Assembly: GCA_965203985.1 (NCBI GenBank)
Contig: CBDBDS010000002.1
Span: 38,945-102,944 of the forward strand
Direction of reading: 5' to 3'
DNA from: Dehalococcoidia bacterium
GTDB lineage: Bacteria > Chloroflexota > Dehalococcoidia > Lucifugimonadales > UBA3495
DNA: 64,000 bases
Shown here: piece after piece, positions 20,632 to 30,150 of the stretch
How positions within the stretch are numbered: the stretch's first letter is position 1
How the letters are laid out: each line of letters opens with the position of its first letter
Notes under the pieces: model-generated
What the model saw: the letters and a program-made list of their open reading frames with translations, nothing else
Database searches by the model: none
What the model was told of the DNA's origin: nothing
Program-made: the position numbers and the translations under genes

Positions 20632-21197
20632 GCTCGATACACCTGGTATTGGGCGGTATTCGGTCGGGGAAAAGCGCTTACGCGGAGCGGCTGACAGCCG
20701 AAATCGCCGGCTCGCATCCGGCGCTGTACGTCGCCACGGGTATCGCCGTCGACGCGGAGATGGAGGAGCGCATCCAACGACACCGGCAGCGGCGGCCCCA
20801 AAATTGGCAAACTCTTGAAGCTCCCCTGAATCCGGTTGGCGCGCTGCAGGGTCAGTCGCGCGCCATGGACCCTCCCACCGTCCTGCTGCTCGACTCAATG
20901 GACGTTTGGGTGTCGAATTTGATGCTGGAGCACGAGGGCACGGCGCGATTGGAATTGGAAGCCCGCATCGTGGGCGCGGCGCGGCGCTTTGCGGAATACA
21001 TCCGCGAGACGGATCGCCAGGCGGTGATCGTCAGCAGCGAAGTCGGGCATTCGTTGGTTGCCACGACCGCGATGGGCCGCCAATTCCAGGATCTGCTGGG
21101 AACGGTGAACCAGGCGATGGCGGAGGAAGCGGACCAAGTCACCATGGTAGTAGCCGGGTTGCCCGTTCCGATCAAGCCCGCGGGAACCGCCCGCTGA
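20628..21197 (+). CDS. cobU: adenosylcobinamide kinase/guanylyltransferase
   Basis: LVLGGIRSGKS, EMEERIQRHRQRRP, SSEVG, VAGLP; ATGA overlap with cobQ. Confidence 0.9.
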   Translation: MSSIHLVLGGIRSGKSAYAERLTAEIAGSHPALYVATGIAVDAEMEERIQRHRQRRPQNWQTLEAPLNPVGALQGQSRAMDPPTVLLLDSMDVWVSNLMLEHEGTARLELEARIVGAARRFAEYIRETDRQAVIVSSEVGHSLVATTAMGRQFQDLLGTVNQAMAEEADQVTMVVAGLPVPIKPAGTAR

Positions 21198-21234
21198 CCA
21201 GCGGTGGGCCGGCGCAAGGCGATGCGGCGACGCG

Positions 21235-22146
21235 ATGGCTGACTACACGTTGGGAACGGCTTCGGTGCTGGCGCCGGGAACCTGCGGAGAACTGGTGCAG
21301 GGAATGACCGGGGACGTGGACTTCCTGGTGACCTGCCCGATCAACCAATTCTCGCGAGCGACCGTCACCGTCTCCAGCTCAGATCAGCCCGGCGAGCATG
21401 TACGAGGAATCGACCACCTGCCAAAAACCCGCCAAGCCGTGGCTGACACGTTGGCACGACTCAGCCATTGCCTGGGAATGCCCGGCATCGTTGCCGACGC
21501 CACGGTGGCCAACCCGATGCCGGTGGGCAAAGGCATGGGCAGCAGCAGCGCGGACATCACGGCCGCGGTGTGCGCGACAGGAAAGGCCGTAAGTATCGAT
21601 TTGTCGCCGGATGCCATTGCAAAGATCGCGCTGGGGGTGGAGCCGACCGACGGCGTAATGTTTCCCGGCATCGCCATGTTCGATCACCGTCGCGGCAGAG
21701 TCCTTGAACTCCTGGGCCCTCCTCCACCGATGGAGGTGATAGTCATAGACCGCGGCGGTCAGGTAGATACGCTGGAGTTCAACCGGGTCGATCGCGAAGC
21801 GCACTGGCGGTCGCTCGACGATGCCACCACCGAGGCCCTGGAGTTGGTGCGCGAAGGCATCCGCCGGTGCGATCCGGAACTGGTGGGCCGGGGCGCCACC
21901 ATCTCGGCGCAAGCAGGGCGGCCGGATGACGCCGGCCCGTGGGTCGAAAAGGCGTCAGACTTCGCTGCTGAAATCGGCGCGGTGGGCGTCAACGTGGCCC
22001 ACAGCGGGACCGTGGTAGGCATCCTGTTGGACGCGCGCAAACGGCAGAGCAAGCCGGCGTTCAGGGAGGCACAACGCGCGTTTACGGCTGCGGAGAGCGT
22101 ACAGCATTACCGGATTGTTGGCGGGGGCGTGCGCCAGGCAGTTTAG
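21235..22146 (+). CDS. pduX: L-threonine kinase (GHMP family, PduX)
   Basis: PGTCGELVQG, PVGKGMGSSSAD, EPTDG, VAHSGTVVG; cobalamin context. Confidence 0.85.
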   Translation: MADYTLGTASVLAPGTCGELVQGMTGDVDFLVTCPINQFSRATVTVSSSDQPGEHVRGIDHLPKTRQAVADTLARLSHCLGMPGIVADATVANPMPVGKGMGSSSADITAAVCATGKAVSIDLSPDAIAKIALGVEPTDGVMFPGIAMFDHRRGRVLELLGPPPPMEVIVIDRGGQVDTLEFNRVDREAHWRSLDDATTEALELVREGIRRCDPELVGRGATISAQAGRPDDAGPWVEKASDFAAEIGAVGVNVAHSGTVVGILLDARKRQSKPAFREAQRAFTAAESVQHYRIVGGGVRQAV

Positions 22147-22547
22147 AACAATTCCTGTATCGCTTGCTCCGGCGCAATGGCCGGGATTGGGGAGTTGGTG
22201 AAATCCCTGGCGTCCCGAGTGACGATATACCTGACTCCGGCGGCTCGGGCGGCGGCAACCTGCATGGCGTCCTCGAAATCAGCCATCGGCAAGGATAGTG
22301 CGTAGCGGATGGACTCCGTGCCGGTTGGCACAACTTCGGCCAAGCCGGTAATGAAAACCACAAGCCCACGCGCCCGGTAGTCACTCAACTCTTTTGACAC
22401 CACGTAATGAAAAGTGGCTATGGTGTGCCAGGCAACGAACGCTCGCCCCGGTTCATTTGACAGGCGGTCAACCAACTCGGTAGAGGCTATTGAATGTGGA
22501 CGCCTGTCGAGCGCCACGTCGACGAGCACGTTAGTGTCAAGCAGCAT
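22143..22547 (-). CDS. PIN-domain (VapC-like) ribonuclease
   Basis: MLLDTNVLVD...DFEDAMQ...IVTRD..DF acidic PIN residues; ATG overlaps the upstream stop (TAATG). Confidence 0.88.
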   Translation of the reverse strand: MLLDTNVLVDVALDRRPHSIASTELVDRLSNEPGRAFVAWHTIATFHYVVSKELSDYRARGLVVFITGLAEVVPTGTESIRYALSLPMADFEDAMQVAAARAAGVRYIVTRDARDFTNSPIPAIAPEQAIQELF

Positions 22548-23536
22548 TATGACAAATACTTGCGCGCCAAGTATTCGTAGCGGTGATCGTACACTGGCTC
22601 CGTACCGAATCTCTCGCTTGGCCGTGTGTCGAGAGGTTGCAACTTGTCGCTGTATTCGCGCCGCCAGTGGAAAAGGTACTGGCTTGCATATCCGGCGTGC
22701 TCGCCGAACTCGCTGCGCGCTCGTTTCGCAACCGCCGCCAATTCCCATTCGTCAGGGGCAGCTTGCTCTTGCGAACCTAATTCCGGGCAAATTCCTGACA
22801 TTGCAAGCCATACCCAGATGTCCACCGGGAACGCTTCCAGCCGGTCCAGCGCAAATAGAGCAATGCAGTCGGCGATTCTGTCGTCAACGCCGGGACATTG
22901 CAACAACCGCCGATTAACCTCACCGTAAGGCTGTCGCCCCAGGGCGTCCCAATCCGGCCCGGCACCGCAAACCCATTGAGCGGCGGCGATGATATCAGAC
23001 GCATTATCCTGTCCCTTTTGCATCGCCTGCAACTTGGCCAGCGCCCTCTTGCGATCAGCCATCAATTGCTCCGCTGTCGGAAAGGAATAGCGGACTTCGC
23101 CGGCCAATTCTATTGCGGACCCGAAGTTATTTGCGATGTTCGACACCATCCCTATGGTATGGCCAATACTGGTTCGCGCCACGCAAATCTGGGACACCAA
23201 GCATTCCCAGGGATCTTGCCGGAGCAGGCGCAAGCCCGGCAACTCACGCATGATCGTGGACACTTTCGGGTCGCGGGCGATACTGGCGTAGATGACGTCG
23301 ATATCATCGTCCAGCCGGAAATAGCGGCGCAGGCATTCGTCAGGGTCGTCCATGTGCCCCGGCAAGCTGGCGGCTTCGTACTCGATGCCTCCATCAATCT
23401 GCCGGACGTGAAACAGGTGCGGCCCCACCACGCCGGAAAACCAGCCGTCGCCAAAGGGACGCCAGCGAAACGCTTGGCCCATGGTAAGAGTCAGGGCCAG
23501 GTTAAAGTGGTTAGGAATGAGGAGTTGGCGCGTCAT
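22547..23536 (-). CDS. OGG1-type 8-oxoguanine DNA glycosylase paralog 3 (catalytic Lys->Arg, C-terminal extension)
   Basis: MGQAFRW, LRQDPWECL, HhH PGVDDRIADC, FPVDIW, GYASQYLF, plus about 30 extra residues ending RYEYLARKYLS. Confidence 0.82.
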   Translation of the reverse strand: MTRQLLIPNHFNLALTLTMGQAFRWRPFGDGWFSGVVGPHLFHVRQIDGGIEYEAASLPGHMDDPDECLRRYFRLDDDIDVIYASIARDPKVSTIMRELPGLRLLRQDPWECLVSQICVARTSIGHTIGMVSNIANNFGSAIELAGEVRYSFPTAEQLMADRKRALAKLQAMQKGQDNASDIIAAAQWVCGAGPDWDALGRQPYGEVNRRLLQCPGVDDRIADCIALFALDRLEAFPVDIWVWLAMSGICPELGSQEQAAPDEWELAAVAKRARSEFGEHAGYASQYLFHWRREYSDKLQPLDTRPSERFGTEPVYDHRYEYLARKYLS

Positions 23537-23573
23537 AGCAAGCCCTCTTGGCCCCCGCGTCCGCTGTGGTTAT

Positions 23574-24485
23574 TCATTTAGGCTGGTCACAGAACATGAA
23601 CTGACCGGCGTAGCCGGCATACTGGCCAAACTTGTCCTGGGCCCACAATCTGATCGCCGCGTCATTTTTCGGCGCAGCGGGGTAATTTTGGGTCACGAAG
23701 CTCCGTATGTGCCTATCAATAGGGAAAGCCTCGGTTTTGTCCAGCGAAAACAGTGAAATGCAGTCGGCGATTTTGTCGCCTATGCCCTCCAGCCGTTTAA
23801 CCGCCCGTTTGGCGTGAGGGTAGGACTCGCTCCGCAGTGCATACAGGTTCAAGTCGCCATTGCACACTTCGCGCGCCGCCCCGGCGATTTTCCGGTCGCG
23901 TTGGAGACCGAACTGCATCCCCTGGAGGCTCGCGGCTGCGGTTTCCGTTATCAGAAGTTCGGGTGCCGGGAAAGTGTGACGCGCTTTGCCGCACATTTCA
24001 ATGGTGTCGCCAAACGCTGCGGAGATGCGTTCAACGATGCTTGAAATACGGGGGATGTTGTTGTTGGCAGAGCACAAGTATGCAACGGTGCATTCCCACG
24101 GATCCTGCCGCAGCAAACGCATGCCACCGTAGCTTTCGATTAGCCTGGCAATGCTGGCGTCGCGGTTGGTCAGATCGCTGTAGATGCGCGAAACATCGTC
24201 ATCCAACCTGAAGTAGCCTTGCAGCAGTGTCCGAACGTCCTCGTCGTCAGCCGGTCCACCGAATTTAGATGCGCGGTATTCGACGCGTGAACCGACCTGG
24301 CGCAAATGGATCAGAAAACTCCCGAGCACTCCGGAGTGCCACTCGCTGTCTGGATGGCGCCCACCATCTTCCAATTTGTCCACGCTGCCGTCCAACCTGC
24401 GCCACCGAAACGCCTGCCCCATGTACAAAGTCAGCCTGAGGCTGAAGGGCTGGGGGATTTCCAGTTCACCTTCAACAATGTTCAT
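23574..24485 (-). CDS. OGG1-type 8-oxoguanine DNA glycosylase/AP lyase paralog 2
   Basis: MGQAFRW, CSANNNIPRI, GIGDKIADC, FPIDRH, GYAGQFMF; start MNIVEG follows GGAGG. Confidence 0.85.
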   Translation of the reverse strand: MNIVEGELEIPQPFSLRLTLYMGQAFRWRRLDGSVDKLEDGGRHPDSEWHSGVLGSFLIHLRQVGSRVEYRASKFGGPADDEDVRTLLQGYFRLDDDVSRIYSDLTNRDASIARLIESYGGMRLLRQDPWECTVAYLCSANNNIPRISSIVERISAAFGDTIEMCGKARHTFPAPELLITETAAASLQGMQFGLQRDRKIAGAAREVCNGDLNLYALRSESYPHAKRAVKRLEGIGDKIADCISLFSLDKTEAFPIDRHIRSFVTQNYPAAPKNDAAIRLWAQDKFGQYAGYAGQFMFCDQPK

Positions 24486-24543
24486 CTCACAACCTCCACA
24501 GCGGAATCGCTCGGATCTATAGCGTTCAGAGAAGTGTGGGCAG

Positions 24544-25425
24544 TCACCGCCCCTCGCGCCGGCGCCCGTGGAACAGGTACTGCTGGGAATAGCCCGCGTA
24601 TTGACCGAAGTGCTCCTGCGCCCACTCCACCATTGCTCGGTCGGGTGGTTTTTTTTGCATCGGGAAATACCACTCCGCAAGCGCGCGGCGCACCCACACG
24701 TCCACCGGGAACGCCTGTAGCTTTTCCAACGAGAACACCGCGATGCAATCGGCGATCTTGGCGCCGATGCCGTAGCACTCCATGAGCCTGGACTTGGTTT
24801 CCGGATAGGGCAGCCGGACCAGTTCGTCCAGGTCCAGTTCGCCGCCGCAGACCCGCTGGGCCGCCGCGACGACGTAAGGAGCACGGAACCCCAGGCCCAG
24901 TTCTCGAAGAAACCCCTCTCCGGCGGAGGCCAGTTGCTCGGCGGACGCGAAGGTGTGCCGGACTTCCCCGTCCAGTTCCAGCGGGTCGCCCAGGCTGTCG
25001 GCCATGGCCTCCATGTTCTGGTGAATGCGAGGGATGTTGGACGTGGCGGAGCAGATGAACGCCACCGTGCACTCCCAGGGTTCCTGGCGCAGAATACGCA
25101 GTCCCGGATAACGGGCCACCATTTCCGCGACCCGCCGGTCTCGGCAAATGTCGGCGTATATCGTGTCGATGTCGTCATCGAGACGGAAATAGAAGCGCAG
25201 CAAGTCCGGCAGCGCGCCCGGGCCCACGGCATCGCCAGAGCCCGTGGCGCTATATTCCACACCTTCGGGCACCTGCCGGATGTGAATGAGCCACGGGCCC
25301 AACACGCCTGAATACCAGCCGTCCCCCAGATTCTTCCAGCGATGGGCCTGCCCGCTTTCGAGGCTCTCCGCCAGGTCAAAGGGCTGGTCTATCGCCAGTT
25401 GCCCCGTCCGTTCCAGCGCCGCCAA
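24544..25425 (-). CDS. OGG1-type 8-oxoguanine DNA glycosylase/AP lyase paralog 1
   Basis: SGQAHRW, CSATSNIPRI, LGLGFRA, GIGAKIADC, FPVDVW, GYSQQYLF. Confidence 0.88.
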   Translation of the reverse strand: MAALERTGQLAIDQPFDLAESLESGQAHRWKNLGDGWYSGVLGPWLIHIRQVPEGVEYSATGSGDAVGPGALPDLLRFYFRLDDDIDTIYADICRDRRVAEMVARYPGLRILRQEPWECTVAFICSATSNIPRIHQNMEAMADSLGDPLELDGEVRHTFASAEQLASAGEGFLRELGLGFRAPYVVAAAQRVCGGELDLDELVRLPYPETKSRLMECYGIGAKIADCIAVFSLEKLQAFPVDVWVRRALAEWYFPMQKKPPDRAMVEWAQEHFGQYAGYSQQYLFHGRRREGR

Positions 25426-25451
25426 CCCCTCACCTCCCTTGGAGACGCCGA

Positions 25452-28295
25452 CTAACCGGTTCGAGGACGGTCGAGTTGCAGCCAGCGGGCCGCCTGCTCG
25501 CCAACGGTGTTGACGCTGGAGCGTTCGACCGTGCAGGGCGGCAGCGCATTCAGGAAGCGGTCACCGTAGTTGGCGGTCTGGATGCGACGGTCCAGGATGA
25601 CCACCGCCCCCCGGTCCACCTTGTTGCGGATCAACCGGCCGAACCCCTGCCGGAAACGGAGGACGGCGGAAGGCACCTGGTATTCGTTGAACGGGTTGTT
25701 GAACAGGTTCCCCCGGGCCTTGACGATGGGATCGGTAGGCACCGGGAAAGGCAGGCGGCACAGCAACAGCCCACGCAGGATGCCCGACTCCATGTCGACA
25801 CCCTCCCAGAAACTGGCGGTGCCGAGCAGGACGGCGCGCGGGTCGGCGTGGAGCCGGTCCACCAGTTGCCGCGGCGTGCCGTCGATCCCCTGGGCCAGGA
25901 CGTTGATGCCCGACGCGCGCAAGGGCCCCCGGACGTGGAAGGAAGCGTCTCGCAGCGCACTGTGGGAAGTGAACAGCGCCATGACGTGTCCGTCCAATGC
26001 CTGCGCCATGTTGAGGATCACCTGGGCCGTCCCGCGGGCGTGGTCAGCGCCGCGACGCGGATCGGGGAGGTCATCGGGAACCATCAGCAGGGTATTGCGC
26101 CGGTAGTTGAACGGGCTATCGACCAGCAGTTCGTCGCAATCGTCGGGGAATCCCAAACGCTGGCGCAGGAAACCAAAGTTGCTGTCCGTCGCCAGGGTCG
26201 CGCTGGTCAAAACCACCGTCTCTTTCTGCTGGAACAGCATCTCAGACAGGATGGGGCCGACCGACAACGGAGTGGAATGCAGCGTCAAGTTGCGCCGCAC
26301 CATGTCGATCCATTGGATCTGTTCCTCATCGTAACGGCCAAAGACCGAAGTCAGACGGTTATTGAACTCGGAGACGGTGTCTACCGCGCTGATCAGTTCG
26401 TTTGCCTGGCTGTCGTCGGAGAGATCGAATATCCCCTGGTCCACCAGCCTCCAGACGTCGTTCAGGCGGTTCACGCTATCCGCCATAAAGGTCGAGAACG
26501 ATTCCCATTCGCGGGCGGCGGCGCCCCATTCCCGGCTCTGCCGCACCGAGGGCTCCAGGGAGACCGGCTGACGGTCATTGTCACCCCGGGTGTGTGATTG
26601 ATAGAGGCTGGTGATCGCCGCCCACAGCTGTTGCCATGCCTGCAGGGCCTGGTTGCAACTGGCCGTGGCGTTGGTGAGGGCGTCCCGCGCCCGCCCGAGG
26701 TTTTCGTCCTCCGGCGACTGGTTGGCGATGGAGGTCAGGTGCCGGAACAAGCGGTAAACGGCGTCCATTTCCTGGGCCAGATCGTCCTCGGCCATCTCAA
26801 AACCCAACTGCCGGCTTGCCTCTTCCTCCAGGTGGTGGGCTTCGTCGACTATGAGGTGCTGGTAGTCCTGCAACACGGTGCCGCCGACGGCAAGGTCAGC
26901 AAGCAGCAGGGCGTGGTTCACCACCAGGATGTTGGCCTCCTCGGCTCGTTGGCGGGCCTGGCGCAGGAAGCAGGGCGCGCCGCCGCGGAACGACTGGCAC
27001 ACGCCCTGGTTGTCGGCGCACACCCGCAACCAGGCTCGATGGTCTCCAAAGTTCAGGTTGAGGTCGGTTCGGTCGCCATTCTGCGTATCGTCCAGCCAGA
27101 CTGCCGTTTTCCCGAGAACCCTGGCCTCATCCTCAGTCAAGGTGTCCGACGTGCCCAGGCTGGTCCACCGGCGGAGGCACACGTAATTGGATCGACCTTT
27201 GAGTTGAGCCGCTCGAACGGCCCCCGGTTCCAGTATGCCGGCCTCTTCCAGGATGGAGATAACCGCCGGTATGTCCTTATCCATCAGCTGCTCCTGCAAG
27301 CTGATGGTGTTGGTGGAGATCACCACCCGGTGCCCATGAGTGGCCGAGTAAAGAACCGCCGGGAGCAGATAGGCGATGCTCTTGCCGATACCGGTGCCAC
27401 CTTCAACGATGAGCTTTCTGCCCTGATAGATGGCGCGGGTGACGGCCTTCAGCATCTCGGCCTGTTGGGGCCTGTTTTCAAATCCGGGGAACGAGTTGGC
27501 GAACACGCCGTGGGGGGCCAGAAGGTCCTCCACCTGCTGCTCGGTGAGCTCGCGTCGTATGGCCTTGCCGTTTTTGTCTCCGGCCTCGCTGGACAGTCTC
27601 CGGGCCAGGCTGTCCAGGTTCAATCCATTGAGGCCGACGGCGCCGGGGGTCCCCGGAACCGCGTTGGCGCCGGGAGCGTGGGGCACAAGCGCTTCGAGCA
27701 AGTCCGCCACGGAGGCATTGGCGGCACGGGCGGAGCGGGCAATAAACGCAACCTTTGCCGCCGGGTAGGACGCACCAAGCTTCAGCAGATGATGGAACAC
27801 CAGCGCGGTGGTTTCGGCGTCGGCCACAGCGCGATGGGCCTGGTTATGGTCTAGGTCCAGGTGCCTGGCCAGCGCGCTAAGATTGTATTCCGGCAGGGTG
27901 GGAAGGAATATCGACGCCAGGTCCCAGGTGTTGTAACTCCGGTTCGTGAGGTGAAGTCCGTGCGATGACAAGAATGACAGGTCGAAGGCGATGTTGTGCC
28001 CGACGATGGGCAGGTCGCCAACGAACGTGGCGAACTGTGCTGCGATTTGTTGGAATCGCGGCGCCCGTTCGATTTGCGCCGGGCTGATGGACGTCAGTTG
28101 CTGGATGAAAGTGGGTATCTGACGGCCCGGGTTGACGAACGTTTGGTACCGGTCGGTAACCTCACCGCCACGGAACTTGACCGCTCCTACTTCGATAATG
28201 GCATCGGAATGTGCATTCAGACCCGTGGTCTCCAGGTCCACGCACACGAATTCACGTTCGAATATGTCGCTTTGAGGCAGCAGCGTCGGCGTCAT
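25452..28295 (-). CDS. dinG: DnaQ-like DEDDh exonuclease fused to DinG-family helicase
   Basis: VDLETTG, GHNIAFD, HRAVADA; EGGTGIGKS, DEAH, SATL, FWEGVD, QGFGRLIR. Confidence 0.9.
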   Translation of the reverse strand: MTPTLLPQSDIFEREFVCVDLETTGLNAHSDAIIEVGAVKFRGGEVTDRYQTFVNPGRQIPTFIQQLTSISPAQIERAPRFQQIAAQFATFVGDLPIVGHNIAFDLSFLSSHGLHLTNRSYNTWDLASIFLPTLPEYNLSALARHLDLDHNQAHRAVADAETTALVFHHLLKLGASYPAAKVAFIARSARAANASVADLLEALVPHAPGANAVPGTPGAVGLNGLNLDSLARRLSSEAGDKNGKAIRRELTEQQVEDLLAPHGVFANSFPGFENRPQQAEMLKAVTRAIYQGRKLIVEGGTGIGKSIAYLLPAVLYSATHGHRVVISTNTISLQEQLMDKDIPAVISILEEAGILEPGAVRAAQLKGRSNYVCLRRWTSLGTSDTLTEDEARVLGKTAVWLDDTQNGDRTDLNLNFGDHRAWLRVCADNQGVCQSFRGGAPCFLRQARQRAEEANILVVNHALLLADLAVGGTVLQDYQHLIVDEAHHLEEEASRQLGFEMAEDDLAQEMDAVYRLFRHLTSIANQSPEDENLGRARDALTNATASCNQALQAWQQLWAAITSLYQSHTRGDNDRQPVSLEPSVRQSREWGAAAREWESFSTFMADSVNRLNDVWRLVDQGIFDLSDDSQANELISAVDTVSEFNNRLTSVFGRYDEEQIQWIDMVRRNLTLHSTPLSVGPILSEMLFQQKETVVLTSATLATDSNFGFLRQRLGFPDDCDELLVDSPFNYRRNTLLMVPDDLPDPRRGADHARGTAQVILNMAQALDGHVMALFTSHSALRDASFHVRGPLRASGINVLAQGIDGTPRQLVDRLHADPRAVLLGTASFWEGVDMESGILRGLLLCRLPFPVPTDPIVKARGNLFNNPFNEYQVPSAVLRFRQGFGRLIRNKVDRGAVVILDRRIQTANYGDRFLNALPPCTVERSSVNTVGEQAARWLQLDRPRTG

Positions 28296-28327
28296 CGCGA
28301 TGAATTACACTCGAAGCGGAACCGCGC

Positions 28328-29032
28328 TTACGCCGAGCGCAAGCGGTACGGCCGCAAGGATCCCTGCCGCAGCCCTTCTAACGGGCGGAAGTCCCCGCGA
28401 TGCAGTGCCGTGAGGAATTGGGCCTCGTCAAAGACTTCGTCGGGGAATTCGGTCACGAATTTGCCCAGCCCGTGGGTGCTGTGAGCGTCGCTGCCACCGG
28501 TCACCGGCAGGTCCAATCGTTGGGCGACCTCGGCAGCAAAGCGGTTTTCCTCGTCCGACGTGCCGCCGTTGGCAACCTCGATGGCGTCGGCCAGCTGGAA
28601 CACCGGATGCGTCATGGCAGTGTCGACATCCTGGGGGATCGGCTCCTTGGGGTCGGGATAGAGTAGAGGACGGGTTCGGTGATGTCGCCCCAGGACTCCC
28701 CGGAATGGGTGCGCCGACACGACGAAACCGCCGACGGCGTGGGCCGCTTTGCTCAGCTCCTCCGCGCGGTGGAACCCACTCTGGTACCGGTCCACGCCGA
28801 AAGCCAGGATGTGACCCATGTCGGTGTCGGCTTCCATGGCGCGTATGAGCACGACGTTGTGTAGGGCGGCAAAGGCGGCGAATTCGTGACGGTCCCAGGG
28901 GCCGGAATGCTCGGTGATGCACAGGCCGCGCAGTCCCAGACGTTCTGCCTCCAAGATGAGTTCTTCGGGCGTCAGGCTGGAATCGGCGCTGCCTTTGGTC
29001 GTATGGATGTGTAAGTCGAAAATGCGTGACAT
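28328..29032 (-). CDS. PHP-domain phosphoesterase
   Basis: DLHIHT, ITEH, AHPFR, GGSDAH. Confidence 0.85.
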   Translation of the reverse strand: MSRIFDLHIHTTKGSADSSLTPEELILEAERLGLRGLCITEHSGPWDRHEFAAFAALHNVVLIRAMEADTDMGHILAFGVDRYQSGFHRAEELSKAAHAVGGFVVSAHPFRGVLGRHHRTRPLLYPDPKEPIPQDVDTAMTHPVFQLADAIEVANGGTSDEENRFAAEVAQRLDLPVTGGSDAHSTHGLGKFVTEFPDEVFDEAQFLTALHRGDFRPLEGLRQGSLRPYRLRSA

Positions 29033-29160
29033 AAGCCCTACCAGTCTATGCGTAGCCCGGAACCGCGTCAACGCCGGCGCGTCGTTCCGCGCCCTGAGCC
29101 TCTGATAAAATGCCCGCGAATCCCCTACCCGAAGGGCAAGATTTCCAGGAGATGAGAGAT

Positions 29161-30097
29161 ATGGCGAAAGTTGGCTTTATAGGACTCGGAACCATGGGCG
29201 CCAGCATGGCGTACAACTGCCTTCGCGGCGGCAACGATATGGTGGTCCACGACATCCGCCGCGAGGCCGCGACCCAACACCTGGAAGCGGGAGCCCAATG
29301 GGCTGACAATCCCCGCGAGGTGGCCGAGGCCACCGACGTTGTATTCACATCCCTGCCCGGACCGGTGGAGGTGGAAGCGGTTTCGCTGGGCGAAGACGGG
29401 ATCATGTCCGGCATGTCGGCGGGCAAGACCTACTTCGACCTGAGCACCAGTTCGCCCACGCTGATCCGGCAGATCCACGACCGCGTGGCAGCGCAGGGTA
29501 TCAACGTGCTGGACGCCCCGGTGAGTGGCGGCCCGGCCGGCGCCGCCAGCGGCCGGTTGGCCATCTGGGTCGGCGGCGACAAGGCGGTGTTCGATCAGCA
29601 TAAAGCGGTCCTCGACTCCATCGGCGACGCCGCCTATTACGTCGGTCCCATCGGCAGCGGGTCCGTTGCCAAGCTCGTGCACAACTGTGCCGGCTATATC
29701 GTCCAGACCGCGCTGGCCGAGGTGTTCACCATGGGCATCAAGGCGGGCGTCGACCCGCTGGCGTTGTGGCTGGCCGTACGCAAGGGCGCCGGCGGACGCC
29801 GGGGGATGTTCGAGGGGCTGGCCCAGCATTTCCTGATCAACGACTTTGATCCGCCGGATTTCGCGTTGCGGCTCGCGCGCAAGGACGTGGACCTGGCCGT
29901 AGCGGTCGGCCGCGAGTTCGATGTGCCCCATGAAGTTGGCCAACACCACGCTGGCGGAGATGACCGAAGCCATCAACCGGGGTTGGGCCGGTCGCGACTC
30001 TCGCGTGGCGATGCTGCTGCAGGAGGAACGGGCGGGCATCGAAGTCCACGTTGATCCCGAGGATTTGCGGCGGGCGCTGGAGGAGCAGGGTGGGTGA
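29161..30097 (+). pseudogene. 3-hydroxyisobutyrate dehydrogenase-family oxidoreductase with a one-base frameshift (or sequencing error)
   Basis: GFIGLGTMG, LDAPVSGG, KLVHN, KDV. After CCCC at 29926-29929 the natural C-terminus (MKLANTTLAEMTEAINRGWAGRDSR...) continues in another frame to TGA 30097. Confidence 0.75.
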
Positions 30098-30150
30098 AAA
30101 CAGTTCATGGTAGAGTCAAGGAAACCTGAGCGACAGCTTGGGATGGCGTT

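Noticed and set aside
23574-25379. 601-aa ORF as a single large glycosylase
   Set aside because: Its N-terminal half is an alternative frame over glycosylase copy 1. The real copy 2 starts at ATG 24485 with its own RBS.
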